Source of the DNA: Candidatus Woesearchaeota archaeon
GTDB taxonomy: Archaea > Nanobdellota > Nanobdellia > Pacearchaeales > GW2011-AR1
Assembly: GCA_964534185.1 (NCBI GenBank)
Contig: CAZHOH010000004.1
Location: forward strand, 17,438-81,437
Length of the DNA stretch: 64,000 nt
Reading direction: 5' to 3'
Shown: one piece after another, positions 26,440-36,252 of the stretch
Layout of the letters: each line of letters opens with the position of its first letter
Position numbering within the stretch: position 1 is the stretch's first letter
Notes under the pieces: generated by a model
The model's database searches: none
The model's input: only the letters and a program-made list of their open reading frames with translations
What the model was told of the DNA's origin: nothing
Program-made: the position numbers and the translations under genes

Positions 26440-26960
26440 TGGTTGATGTTTATGTGATTTCTGGTGGACCTGGAACTGGAAAGACTACTACTGTGAATGC
26501 TATTGAAAAAAAAGGATATAAAGTTATGAAAGAGGTTGCTCGGAAACTTGCTGGTGTGGAATTCAAGGGGAAGTCTATTAAAGAGATTGATATGAAAGTT
26601 TTTCAGTCTAAGATTTTTGATTATCAGATTAATCGGTTGAAGAAATTGAAAAGTGAGAAAGCGGTTTTTTCTGATAGGGGGTTAGGAGATACTTTGGCTT
26701 ATTCTGAATTTCATGGAGTTAAACCTGATAAAGAAGATATTTCTTTTGCTAAGTCTTTTAAGTATAAAGGAATTTTTATTCTTGATTTTTTAGATGATTA
26801 TGCTAAGGATGAGTTGAGGCAGGAGAGTGAGGCAGAGCAGAAGAAGATTCATAAGTTGATTATCAAAGAGTATAAGAAGCTTGGGTATAAAGTTGTGATT
26901 GTTCCTGTTATGGGTGTTGAGGAGAGAGTTGATTTTATTTTGTCGAGGATTAGACGTTAG
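26439..26960 (+). CDS. P-loop NTPase / small kinase-like ATPase
   Basis: Walker A ISGGPGTGKTT at the N-terminus. At 173 aa it is nucleoside/nucleotide-kinase-like in size. Confidence 0.55.
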   Translation: MVDVYVISGGPGTGKTTTVNAIEKKGYKVMKEVARKLAGVEFKGKSIKEIDMKVFQSKIFDYQINRLKKLKSEKAVFSDRGLGDTLAYSEFHGVKPDKEDISFAKSFKYKGIFILDFLDDYAKDELRQESEAEQKKIHKLIIKEYKKLGYKVVIVPVMGVEERVDFILSRIRR

Positions 26961-26990
26961 ATTTATAAAGAGGAGAGTTGTATTATTGTT

Positions 26991-27452
26991 ATGAAATTAA
27001 ATAACAAAAGAGGTGTTTCAGGTGTTATTGTTGCTGTTTTAATGATTCTTATTGTTATTGCAGCGATAGTGATTCTTTGGGCTGTCTTGCAACCTTTTAT
27101 CAGTTCAAGTCTTGAAGAGGGTATTGACACTACTGAATGTATCGACGTTAGTTTTGAGATGAGTGATGTGGATTATGCAAATACTCAAGGCGGGCCTGAG
27201 TCTGACATTACTTTTACTGTAACACATACTTCAGGAGATACTGAGTTTGATGGACTTAAGATACTTCTTGATGGACAAGAAAAACCTGTCGATAGTGAAA
27301 GTGTTTTTGGTTCTACAGAAGTAAAGGGTGTTGGTGAAAGTCAGGGATATACTATCTTAGACGTCGCAGATGCTTCTGGATCTGAGATACAATATGTTGC
27401 TTTGAAAGGTGACAATGTTTGTGGAATACCTGCAACTGGAACTGTACCTTAA
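26991..27452 (+). CDS. archaeal type IV pilin-like protein (class III signal peptide)
   Basis: N-terminus MKLNNKRG|VSGVIVAVLMILIVIAAIVILW matches the prepilin-peptidase (PibD/FlaK) site, K/R-G followed by a hydrophobic helix. The rest is a secreted Thr/Ser-rich domain. Confidence 0.65.
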   Translation: MKLNNKRGVSGVIVAVLMILIVIAAIVILWAVLQPFISSSLEEGIDTTECIDVSFEMSDVDYANTQGGPESDITFTVTHTSGDTEFDGLKILLDGQEKPVDSESVFGSTEVKGVGESQGYTILDVADASGSEIQYVALKGDNVCGIPATGTVP

Positions 27453-27564
27453 ATTTTTTAGAATCTTTTATCTGCTTTTTCTTATTTTTTTAATTTGTTT
27501 TAGTTTTGAATCTAATAAAATTTAAAACAAATATATTTAAAAACTCGTTTTAATCTCTAATTAT

Positions 27565-27915
27565 ATGGATGTAATAGATGGATTAGTTGAATATACTGAG
27601 CACCCTCTTAATAAGATTGTTGAGGCAATGGCAACTAATAATCTGGGATTTAACCCAAATAGAGATAGACATTGTAATGAAGGTGTTTGTTTTAATTATG
27701 TTGATTGTAGAGGGTTGTCTTATGAGGAATCACAAGATGTTGATCCGAATGATACTCTATGTCCAATCATTCAAACTGATGATGCTGATATCTCGAATTT
27801 ACATTGGCACCTTCATAGAATGGATTATGAACGAGTACTTCCTTGGTTTCGAGAAGGTGATGGGGAAATACCAAAATATTCTAAATTTGAATATAGTCTT
27901 ATTACGTTTCCTTAA
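27565..27915 (+). CDS. hypothetical protein
   Basis: 116-aa ORF with several Cys/His. No defined motif. Confidence 0.35.
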   Translation: MDVIDGLVEYTEHPLNKIVEAMATNNLGFNPNRDRHCNEGVCFNYVDCRGLSYEESQDVDPNDTLCPIIQTDDADISNLHWHLHRMDYERVLPWFREGDGEIPKYSKFEYSLITFP

Positions 27916-29333
27916 CCAATATCTTTAATCATATAATCGCCTTGTAATTTGTATCCTAATTTTTTGTAATATTCTCTGACGCCGATTCCAGATATTACTG
28001 CGAGCTTTTTTAGTTCTGGATGGTTTTTTGCTTTTTGTTCTTTTATTATTTGTTCTGCTTTTTGCATTAGTTGTTTTCCTATTCCAAGATGTTGTCCGCC
28101 GCTTGTGTTTTTTGCGCCGATATCAAGGGCTTGTCCGTAAACATGCAGTTCTCTTACAATTGCCGAGTTGTTTAGTTCTTTTATGAAGTGTTTTTTGTAG
28201 TTGCTGGGGATTCTTAGTCTTAAAAGTCCGAAAAGGATGTTGTCTTTGTTTACTGCTTGGATGAAGAATTCTTTTCCTTTGCTTGCGTTGTATTCTAGGG
28301 TTTTTATTTTGTATTCTGGGCTGATTTTTTTCTGATATTGTTTTGCGAATCCTATTTCTCTGAATCTTATTTCTTTTATTTTTTCTTTTTGTTCTCTTAG
28401 TCCTTCTTCGACGTCTTTTCTTAATGATATTCTTGTTGTTCCTGCGATTATGTGTTCTGGTGTGAACTGGCGCATTACTCTCATTGTTCTGCAGTATTCG
28501 GGTATTTCTTTGAACATTCTTATTAGTAGTTTTTGTGTTTGTTCTAGTGTGTAGGGTTTGTATTTTCCTTTTAGGTAGTCTTTTTCTATTCCTGTGTTTT
28601 TTATGACTTGTGTTGGGTATATTTTTAGCTGGTCTGGTTTGAATTCGTTTTCTTTGAATACTTTTTTGAAAAGTTTCAAGTCTTTTTCAGGATTTGATTT
28701 TGGAAGTCCTGGCATTATGTGGTATCCGAGTTTGAAGCCGGCGTCTTTTAGAGTTTGAGTTGCGTTAATTACGTCCTGAACTGTGTGTGCTCTGTTAATG
28801 TGCTTGTATATTTCGTCATCTAGAATTTGGACTCCGACTTCCATTCTTGTGCAGCCAAATTCTAGTGCTCTTTTTATTTCTTTTTCGCCTGCGAAGTCTG
28901 GACGGGTTTCTATGCAAAGTGCGACGCATCGATGTTCTGCTGTTTCATTGAATTTTTTTGCTTGTTCTAAGGATTCTGAAACAAATCCGTTTAGTCCGTC
29001 GTAGCATCCTTTTATGAATTCGTACTGGTATTTTACTGGGTAGGAAAGGAAAGTTCCGCCGAGAATTATGAGTTCGATTTTTTGGGTTGGGTGGTGCATA
29101 AGTTCAAATGCTTTTATTCTTGATTCAATTTGTCTTTTTGCGTCGTATTTGTTTCTTTCTGCCCTTAGGACTGAAGGGGATGAGGGGGTATAAGATTGGG
29201 GGACGTTGAAGACTGGACAGTATCTGCAGACTCCGTGGGAGCAGGGGCGGGGTTTTACCATTACTGCAATTGGAGTTACGCCTGATAATGATTTTGTTGG
29301 CTTTCTAACTTCACCGATTTCTGGTAGTTTCAT
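27912..29333 (-). CDS. elp3: elongator complex protein 3 homolog (tRNA uridine-34 carboxymethyl modification radical SAM / GNAT)
   Basis: N-terminal radical-SAM motif region TPIAVMVKPRPCSHGVCRYCP. The C-terminal GNAT acetyl-CoA motif QHLGIGKQLM and the 473-aa length match archaeal Elp3. Confidence 0.85.
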   Translation of the reverse strand: MKLPEIGEVRKPTKSLSGVTPIAVMVKPRPCSHGVCRYCPVFNVPQSYTPSSPSVLRAERNKYDAKRQIESRIKAFELMHHPTQKIELIILGGTFLSYPVKYQYEFIKGCYDGLNGFVSESLEQAKKFNETAEHRCVALCIETRPDFAGEKEIKRALEFGCTRMEVGVQILDDEIYKHINRAHTVQDVINATQTLKDAGFKLGYHIMPGLPKSNPEKDLKLFKKVFKENEFKPDQLKIYPTQVIKNTGIEKDYLKGKYKPYTLEQTQKLLIRMFKEIPEYCRTMRVMRQFTPEHIIAGTTRISLRKDVEEGLREQKEKIKEIRFREIGFAKQYQKKISPEYKIKTLEYNASKGKEFFIQAVNKDNILFGLLRLRIPSNYKKHFIKELNNSAIVRELHVYGQALDIGAKNTSGGQHLGIGKQLMQKAEQIIKEQKAKNHPELKKLAVISGIGVREYYKKLGYKLQGDYMIKDIG

Positions 29334-29401
29334 AACAATAGTTAAGATAGGGTGTTTAAAATGTTTTCTGATGCAATAATTTTTATAAAGTAGAGTTTAG
29401 T

Positions 29402-29905
29402 TTGTTTGGGATGGCGACGCATCTGGGATATCAAATTCATCATCCTTCTGAATTGGCAAATGACGGGATAAGGAGACATAATATTGGAGGGTTTTTTGAT
29501 AGTCCTCAAGAGGTTTTTAGAACATTAGTCTTTGATTATAATCTTGGTTCTTATTGTGGCACTAATATAGGAATGCCTTTTGGGAGTTATTCTAAAGGAA
29601 AAAGTCTTGTTATTTCTGAAATTGAAGAGGGTTTTGGAATGGGGAATCTTGAAGAATTAATAAAAAGTGGCAGGCTTGACGAATTTCGTTGTGAAAGGCG
29701 GCTTTCAGATAAAGAAAAAGCAGAAATTGCAGTAGGTATTGGAAATATTTTTAGTTTTGGAAATGTTGGAGTTTCTGATACTGAAAATTATGTTTTTATT
29801 TTGAATGTTTTGGGATATCCTAAATCTTATGAAGATTTGCGTGCGCTTATTCCTTTTCCTGAACCTATTGAAGGAGGGTTGAAGCACTTGCCTCAAAATC
29901 CTTAA
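29402..29905 (+). CDS. hypothetical protein
   Basis: 167-aa Gly-rich ORF, unrecognised. Confidence 0.35.
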   Translation: MFGMATHLGYQIHHPSELANDGIRRHNIGGFFDSPQEVFRTLVFDYNLGSYCGTNIGMPFGSYSKGKSLVISEIEEGFGMGNLEELIKSGRLDEFRCERRLSDKEKAEIAVGIGNIFSFGNVGVSDTENYVFILNVLGYPKSYEDLRALIPFPEPIEGGLKHLPQNP

Positions 29906-29906
29906 A

Positions 29907-30101
29907 ATGAAACACCTAAGAAGATTGTCAAAGATTGTTAAAGAAGGGACGTTGTGTAAAATTGGGATTCATAATAAAGAGCAAGTTGGTTCTGTTCTTG
30001 TTTATCGTCCTTCTCCTGAAAGTCCGATATATGAAATGGTTAAGGAGTATAGATTTCAGTGCGCTAATTGTGGACATGAAAAGAATTATGTTCAGAGATA
30101 G
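29907..30101 (+). CDS. small zinc-finger protein
   Basis: 64 aa with a C-terminal CANCGHEK plus an upstream Cys. It lies 2 nt after the previous ORF. Confidence 0.35.
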   Translation: MKHLRRLSKIVKEGTLCKIGIHNKEQVGSVLVYRPSPESPIYEMVKEYRFQCANCGHEKNYVQR

Positions 30102-30111
30102 TTTTAGGTTT

Positions 30112-31050
30112 TTACAATCCTAAGATTATTCTTGCGATTTTATCAGCGTCGTGTCTTGCTGTTATGAATCCTCCGATTTCCTGTTCTATTAAAAATTCGT
30201 CCTTGATTATGTTTTCTTTATCTATGTCAGGTTCTACAAAAAAACTTTCTTCCTGCTGGTATTTATCTACGATTTTTGCTGAAGGTTTTTTGGTGTTGCA
30301 GATAACATAGTCGACTTTTTTTCCTAAGTATTTTTCTATTGTTTTTAGAAAATCACTTGCTTTGAACCCGAAAGTGCCTTGTTTTGTGACTAGGTTGCAT
30401 ATGTAGACTATTTTTGCATTTGATTCATTTAGTGCTTCTTTGAATCCGTTTACTAAGAAATTTGGAATGATGCTTCCGTATGTTTCTCCTGGTGAGATTA
30501 TGATTAAGTCAGCTTTTCTTATGAGGTTTGCAGACTCGTTGTATATGAATGCGTTTGGTTCGAGCCATAATTTTTCTATGTCTCTTGCTTGTTTTGAATG
30601 GTTTACTTCTGATTCTCCTTTTAGGATTTGTCCTTGTTTTGTTTTTGCGTAAAGTATTGAATTGTTCAATGATACGGGTAGGACTTTTGCTTTTAGGTTT
30701 AATATTCTTGAGACTGCTTTTACAGCGTCGCCCATGTTTCCGTATTTTTTATTTAAGGCTGTTAGTATTAAGTTTCCGAGGCTGTGGTTTGATAAGTTTT
30801 TTGATTCGTTTGAAAATCGATATTCGAAAATGTCTTTTAGGTCTGCTGTTTTTGAATCATCTGTGAGTGCAAGGAGGCAGTTTCTTAAATCTCCTGGCGG
30901 GAGGATTCCGAATTCTGCTCTTAATTTTCCAGAAGAGCCTCCATCATCAATGACATTAACAATTGCTCCGAGTTCGATGTCGTATTTTTTTAATCCTCTT
31001 AGAAGAGTGTATTGCCCTGTTCCTCCTCCGATTGTAACTATTTTTTTCAT
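30112..31050 (-). CDS. YvcK/UPF0052 (CofD-like) family protein
   Basis: N-terminal IGGGTGQYTLLRGLK and DDGGSSGKLR..GILPPGDLRNCLLAL are diagnostic of the YvcK/CofD-related family. Confidence 0.8.
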   Translation of the reverse strand: MKKIVTIGGGTGQYTLLRGLKKYDIELGAIVNVIDDGGSSGKLRAEFGILPPGDLRNCLLALTDDSKTADLKDIFEYRFSNESKNLSNHSLGNLILTALNKKYGNMGDAVKAVSRILNLKAKVLPVSLNNSILYAKTKQGQILKGESEVNHSKQARDIEKLWLEPNAFIYNESANLIRKADLIIISPGETYGSIIPNFLVNGFKEALNESNAKIVYICNLVTKQGTFGFKASDFLKTIEKYLGKKVDYVICNTKKPSAKIVDKYQQEESFFVEPDIDKENIIKDEFLIEQEIGGFITARHDADKIARIILGL

Positions 31051-31086
31051 GGAAAAAGATAAATAGTGTAGTATAAAAAATTAATT

Positions 31087-31707
31087 ATGGAGCAGGAAAA
31101 AGTTTGGGATGAAATTGCAGGATTGTGGAATGAGTATAAGCAAAAGCCGTTTGGAGTAGAAGGGGATTTAGTTGAAGGTTTTATTGAGAAGGGTGATAGG
31201 GTGTTGGATTTGGGGTGTGGAAGCGGGCGGAATTTTTTTAAGTTTGGGGGAGAATTGTATGGGGTTGATTTTTCTTCTGAAATGTTAAAGTATGCGCGTG
31301 CGAATGCTGACGCGTTTGGTATTGATGTTAAATTGTTTAAAAGTAATTTTTGGGAATTGGATTTTTCTGAGGGGTTTTTTGATAAGGTTGTTTTTGTTGC
31401 CTCATTTCATTGTGTTGAAGGCAAAGAAAAAAGAATTGAAAGTTTGAAAGAGATTTATCGGGTTTTGCGTTCTGGAGGTAAATTGCTTTTGACTGTTTGG
31501 AATAAGAATTCTGATAGGTGGAAAAATAAGCCGAAAGAGAAAATGGTTTCGTGGGAGGTTGGGGACAAAAAGGTTATGAGGTATTATTATTTGTATGATT
31601 ATGGGGAGTTGGTTTCTGAATTGGAGGGTGTGGGGTTTAGGGTTTTGGATAGGAGGGGTGGAGATGGTTCGAGGAATATTGTTTTAGTTTGTGGTAAGTT
31701 AACTTAA
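31087..31707 (+). CDS. class I SAM-dependent methyltransferase
   Basis: Motif I VLDLGCGSGRN and a post-I acidic residue. Length is 206 aa. Confidence 0.75.
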   Translation: MEQEKVWDEIAGLWNEYKQKPFGVEGDLVEGFIEKGDRVLDLGCGSGRNFFKFGGELYGVDFSSEMLKYARANADAFGIDVKLFKSNFWELDFSEGFFDKVVFVASFHCVEGKEKRIESLKEIYRVLRSGGKLLLTVWNKNSDRWKNKPKEKMVSWEVGDKKVMRYYYLYDYGELVSELEGVGFRVLDRRGGDGSRNIVLVCGKLT

Positions 31708-31727
31708 GATAACAAGATTTTTTACAA

Positions 31728-32435
31728 TTAATCGTATTTATGTTGAATATCCTTAACAAATGATTGGATTTCTGAATTTTTCTGCTTCTTAAAGAAATCT
31801 TTAGCAACCCCGTAATCAAGAATACGCCCCCCTTTCAAAAAGAGAACTTTATCAGCAATAGATTTTGCAAAAGAGACGTGATGAGTAACAACTAACATTG
31901 TATATCCTTCATCGGCTAATTCGTGAATTAAATCCAAAACACTTTTAGTAAGTTCAGGGTCAAGTGATGAAGTTATCTCATCAAGAAGCAATATATCTGG
32001 CTTAATCATTAATGAACGAATCAAAGCCACTCTTTGTTTTTGTCCTCCTGATAATTCATGAGGGTATGTTTCTATATACTTCTCTAATTCAAATTTTTTA
32101 AGTAGTTTTATGGCTTCTTTCTTTATGGTTGTTTTGTTAGTCGGATTTTTTAATTCTGGGGCTAGTGTTAAATTTTCTAAAACATTTAGGTGAGGCCATA
32201 AAGTATATTCCTGAGAAACATAACCTATTTTTGCTTCATCTCCAAACGAGTAAGACCCACCATCTTGTTTCTTTAATCCAGCAAGTAATTTTAATAATGT
32301 TGATTTGCCAGAACCACTTGGGCCTATAACAGCGACTACCTCTCCTTTTCTCACTTTAAAAGACACGCCTATTATTCCCTCTTTTGAGTTTTCAAAATTG
32401 GAGTATCTTTTTGTTAGATGGTTTACTTTAATCAT
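31728..32435 (-). CDS. amino-acid ABC transporter ATP-binding protein
   Basis: Walker A GPSGSGKST, ABC signature LSGGQKQRVAL and Walker B ILLLDE. Confidence 0.85.
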   Translation of the reverse strand: MIKVNHLTKRYSNFENSKEGIIGVSFKVRKGEVVAVIGPSGSGKSTLLKLLAGLKKQDGGSYSFGDEAKIGYVSQEYTLWPHLNVLENLTLAPELKNPTNKTTIKKEAIKLLKKFELEKYIETYPHELSGGQKQRVALIRSLMIKPDILLLDEITSSLDPELTKSVLDLIHELADEGYTMLVVTHHVSFAKSIADKVLFLKGGRILDYGVAKDFFKKQKNSEIQSFVKDIQHKYD

Positions 32436-33090
32436 ATTCGATCACACTCCTTTTTTTATACCATGTGATGAATAAATGAAGGGGAGCAAGAATTATTACA
32501 AAGAATAAAACTAGAAGAGAATATATAGAGACTGGGTCATACACCATTGCGTTTATAGATTGAGCAACTCTGAATAACTCTGGTACAGAGATTAGGCTAG
32601 CGAAAAGAGTATATTCCAACATTGTTGCTTGATTTAATGAAACGCTTGGTAAAACCCTTTTCATCAAAATCGGTAATTCTATATGTCTAATGATCTGGCT
32701 CTTGCTCAGCCCCAAAGTTATACCTGCTTCGCTATAGGCAACAGGAAGTAATCTTAATTCTGATTGGATAATAAATGCTACAGCAACAAGATTTACAAAA
32801 CCAAGAGCAATTATTGTAGTCCAAAATGGATTAATGACCACTCCAAGAAGTGCTTGAAATGGGAAATGTAACCAAAACAAAAGAACAAGAACAGGGATAA
32901 CCTTTGTTACAAATTTTAAACTAGAAATTAATCTAAAAATTGTCTTTGAATATCTGCCTCCAATTACGCCAAAAAAAACTCCAAGAGGAACACCAACGAG
33001 AATTATTAAAGCCCATAATTCAATTGTTTTTAAAAAACCAGCAAAAAATAAATGTCTATACTGGATTAAGACTTCAAACATTGCGACCAT
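32428..33090 (-). CDS. amino-acid ABC transporter permease (polar amino acid family)
   Basis: 220-aa multi-TM protein. The EAA-like loop EAGITLGLSKSQIIRHIELP is typical of HisM/GlnP-type permeases. It overlaps the ATPase gene. Confidence 0.8.
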   Translation of the reverse strand: MVAMFEVLIQYRHLFFAGFLKTIELWALIILVGVPLGVFFGVIGGRYSKTIFRLISSLKFVTKVIPVLVLLFWLHFPFQALLGVVINPFWTTIIALGFVNLVAVAFIIQSELRLLPVAYSEAGITLGLSKSQIIRHIELPILMKRVLPSVSLNQATMLEYTLFASLISVPELFRVAQSINAMVYDPVSIYSLLVLFFVIILAPLHLFITWYKKRSVIEYD

Positions 33091-33091
33091 A

Positions 33092-33907
33092 TTACTCTAT
33101 CCTATAATAATTTTCTACATTATGTTTCTCTAATATTCTTTGGATTTCTTCGCTATCAATTAGTTCTTGAATTGCTTTATCCCATTTTTCTCTTAATTCT
33201 GCATCTTCTTTATTGAAAGCAAAACTATTTCCAAAAGATCTGACAGGTTCATCATTAACTCTATCTAAACTATTTGGATGAGATTTAAGAAAATCTTCTG
33301 TTGCGGAAGGTTCTGCAAATGTTATATCGGCTTTGTCTTGAACTATATTGAGAAATACATCAGCATATGAAGATAATTGTGGAAGAGCCACAAGTTGTGC
33401 ATTTGGATAATCTTCTTGGGCTATAAACATAGCCATCTCCCCATCAAGAGAAGTTATTTTATACTGGTTTGAATTAAGCACAGATAAATCATCAGTAAAT
33501 CTAGTATCGCCTTTTTTAACATACCCATATATAACACTATCCATCGGAGCAATTGAAAATGAAACAACCTTTTCTCGTTCTGCATTAGGCCACATTTGAG
33601 TTCCCAATATATCATATCTATTTGTTTTCAATCCCTCTAAGGATGTTCCCCAACCCACTTCTTCGGTCCATTTAGTTTCAATCCCCATTTTTTCAGCAAC
33701 GGCTTCAACAATATCATAAGAAACCCCCTGAAATTGTCCAGTATTGGCATTTTTTTCCAATAAGGGGGGATAAATTATGTACCCTATTCGAAGAGTGTTA
33801 TTCTTTAATGAGTTATCATTTTTGCTTATTGAAAATAATCCAATTGCCATAACCAGAATGGTAATAATTCCTATTGCTAAATAAATCTTATTTTGTTTGT
33901 TCATCAT
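33092..33907 (-). CDS. amino-acid ABC transporter substrate-binding protein (SBP family 3)
   Basis: N-terminal TM/signal anchor, then the pattern LRIGY...FQGVSYDI...A..MG of family-3 solute-binding proteins. First gene of a 3-gene operon. Confidence 0.75.
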   Translation of the reverse strand: MMNKQNKIYLAIGIITILVMAIGLFSISKNDNSLKNNTLRIGYIIYPPLLEKNANTGQFQGVSYDIVEAVAEKMGIETKWTEEVGWGTSLEGLKTNRYDILGTQMWPNAEREKVVSFSIAPMDSVIYGYVKKGDTRFTDDLSVLNSNQYKITSLDGEMAMFIAQEDYPNAQLVALPQLSSYADVFLNIVQDKADITFAEPSATEDFLKSHPNSLDRVNDEPVRSFGNSFAFNKEDAELREKWDKAIQELIDSEEIQRILEKHNVENYYRIE

Positions 33908-34186
33908 AAGCTTCTCATTAGTTTATTATATAATACACTAACTAACTTTTAAATGTTTGTTTATTTTTTCGGGGAAAAAGATTAAATGTCTGAAGGACTA
34001 GGGAATTCCTATATTAATCCAAAAACGAATTTGTGCATGTCTATCCTGTTGGGTGGGAGAAAAAAGATTGTTTCCTATTTCTTGGTATTAACTTATCATC
34101 TTAGGGGTTCTGTTGAGATTTTCAATATAGTAAGATTTATATATTTTAAATATATTACATATAATAAATAAATTTGGAGATATAAA

Positions 34187-34417
34187 ATGCCGATAATAAC
34201 TTTGTCAATTCCAGAGGATTTGAAAGCAGAAATGGATAAAACTAAGTTCATAAACTGGTCTGAAGTTGCAAGAGAAGCTATAAGAGAAAGAGTATCTCAG
34301 TTAACAGTTTTGAATGCAGTTGCTGCAAAATCTCAACTTACTGAAAAGGATGCTTTGGAAATTGGGCGGAAAATTAAAAAAGCTATGTGGAAAAAATACC
34401 AGAATAAAGGCTGGTAA
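34187..34417 (+). CDS. ribbon-helix-helix (CopG/VapB-like) antitoxin
   Basis: 76 aa. N-terminal beta-strand ITLSIPEDL followed by helices. The stop overlaps the start of the downstream PIN fragment. Confidence 0.55.
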   Translation: MPIITLSIPEDLKAEMDKTKFINWSEVAREAIRERVSQLTVLNAVAAKSQLTEKDALEIGRKIKKAMWKKYQNKGW

Positions 34418-34662
34418 TGAAAATGGAGTTAGTTATTGATACAAATTGTTTGATTTCTGCGTTGATTCTTCCTGGAAAATCAAGAGAACTTATTACTTCC
34501 TTTAAATTATCTTTGTTTGCTCCAGAGGAAATAATTAAAGAAACTTTTGCTCATAAAAAAGAAATTCTGGATAAGTCAAAAATTAGTGAAGAAGATTTTG
34601 ATTTGTTGTTTAATATTCTCTTTTCAAGAATAGAAATAATTTCTCATGAAAGTTTCTGTTAA
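34417..34662 (+). pseudogene. truncated PIN-domain (VapC-like) toxin fragment
   Basis: 81 aa beginning MELVIDTNCLISAL (PIN motif I). It stops after about half of a normal PIN domain and lacks the C-terminal acidic residues. Confidence 0.45.
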
Positions 34663-34722
34663 AGTTATTTTAACTTCTGAGTTAATTGAATTGGTAAAAT
34701 CTTTCTAAAAATATTGTTTATT

Positions 34723-35145
34723 TTAAAGTGAATTATTAACAATCTCTAGAGATTTTTTTTGATTGTCCCAAGTTAGAAATTCGCGGGCTTTTTTGAAGTC
34801 GAGCCATTTGTAACTTGAATGCTCTCGTTTGTCGATTATGACTTTTTGGTTTTGAACTTTGACTGAGTAAAGTGTAAAAGTTTGTCCGATGTATGGGCGT
34901 TCGATTTTGTTTGTATATTTGTATTTTCCTTTTAGATTGTGTTTGTTTATTTTTATGGGGTTTAGGTTTGTCTCTTCTTTTAGTTCTCTGTGTATTGTTT
35001 CTAGGTTTGATTCTTTTGGTTCTTTTCCGCCTTTTGGGAATTCCCAGCCTTTCCAGTGGAGTTTTCTTTTTAGAAGGAGATATTTTGGTTTGTTTTTTAT
35101 TATTTTATATGCGACTATGAAAACCCCTTTTCGATATTTTTTCAT
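34723..35145 (-). CDS. Nudix hydrolase
   Basis: Nudix box GGKEPKESNLETIHRELKEETNL (Gx5Ex7REUxEExGU). Confidence 0.85.
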   Translation of the reverse strand: MKKYRKGVFIVAYKIIKNKPKYLLLKRKLHWKGWEFPKGGKEPKESNLETIHRELKEETNLNPIKINKHNLKGKYKYTNKIERPYIGQTFTLYSVKVQNQKVIIDKREHSSYKWLDFKKAREFLTWDNQKKSLEIVNNSL

Positions 35146-35195
35146 GTTTTGAGAAATGTGGCAAGATTTATAAAAGTTCGGCTTGAGTTTATTTT

Positions 35196-35792
35196 ATGGA
35201 TTTTGAGAATTTGGGGGGAAGAATTGAAAGAGCAAAGATAGTTGAAGCTAAAAATTCTATTTATGGTCTTGGTGAGCTTAGAGGGGTTAATGAGGGTATT
35301 TATATTAAGAATGCTGTAGATTTTGTAGGCCAGGAGGTTCTTGTCAAAATTGCTATGCATACTAATATGTCTTATTGTTTTCCGCGTGTTAATTTTTTGG
35401 CTAGACATATTCCTGAAGATTTTCCTCAGGAAGGGATACGTGATAGGGAAGCTGTTTTGTATGGGAGGTGGATTGGTAATTCTGTTCCTTCATTGGATGA
35501 GTTAAATAAAAAGTATGATCCTGGACACATAGGAGCTTTTTTATATGTTGGAAAGGATAGGTTTTTTATTGAGGAGAATGAAGGGGAAATCTCTTCTCCA
35601 GATTTTTGGGATTTGGCAGGACAATATTTTGATAAGATGCCAACTAAGCCAGGGGTTGTTATTTTTGAAGGCAAAAATAATGATTATCGTCCTTTATTTC
35701 TTAATCATGTTTTGGAAAAAAAGGGTCGATTTCCTATTAGAATGGATGAGCTTGACAGAACTAAATCTTCTTTACAATATCAAACAAATTAA
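35196..35792 (+). CDS. hypothetical protein
   Basis: 198 aa. Unrecognised. Confidence 0.35.
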   Translation: MDFENLGGRIERAKIVEAKNSIYGLGELRGVNEGIYIKNAVDFVGQEVLVKIAMHTNMSYCFPRVNFLARHIPEDFPQEGIRDREAVLYGRWIGNSVPSLDELNKKYDPGHIGAFLYVGKDRFFIEENEGEISSPDFWDLAGQYFDKMPTKPGVVIFEGKNNDYRPLFLNHVLEKKGRFPIRMDELDRTKSSLQYQTN

Positions 35793-36252
35793 CTTTTTCG
35801 AATTTCAGTATTGAATGTGTTTTGTCATCTATGTGGACTTTTATTATTCCCATGTCTGTTGTTATACAGTTAAGATTCCATACAAGTTTTCCGTCTACTT
35901 TTTGAACTATTGCAATTATTTTTTGAAGTTTTGAAGTGATAGTGTTGTTTTTCATTTCGTCTTGAACAAGTCCTTTGAGTGTATCTAAGTCAAGATTGAT
36001 TTCTTCAGTTATTTGTTCTGGTATTTTTTTGTTCTGAGGTTGTGCCTTTTTCATTTCGATTTTGCTATCAAGTGCAAATGTTGCCATGTCTTTTGATTTT
36101 GGATTGTAATAGTCTATTTGGTGAAGGTGTTTCTTTTCTGCGAAATCTAAAACGAAAAATCCTGCAGACATATATGCCTCTGGATTTTTGCTTTTGAAAT
36201 TCTGGAATTCTTTTGAATTATTCAATTTGTCTAGATAAGGCTGGATTTTCAT
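35761..36252 (-). CDS. hypothetical protein
   Basis: 163 aa. Unrecognised. Its start overlaps the thrS stop. Confidence 0.35.
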   Translation of the reverse strand: MKIQPYLDKLNNSKEFQNFKSKNPEAYMSAGFFVLDFAEKKHLHQIDYYNPKSKDMATFALDSKIEMKKAQPQNKKIPEQITEEINLDLDTLKGLVQDEMKNNTITSKLQKIIAIVQKVDGKLVWNLNCITTDMGIIKVHIDDKTHSILKFEKVNLFDIVKKI

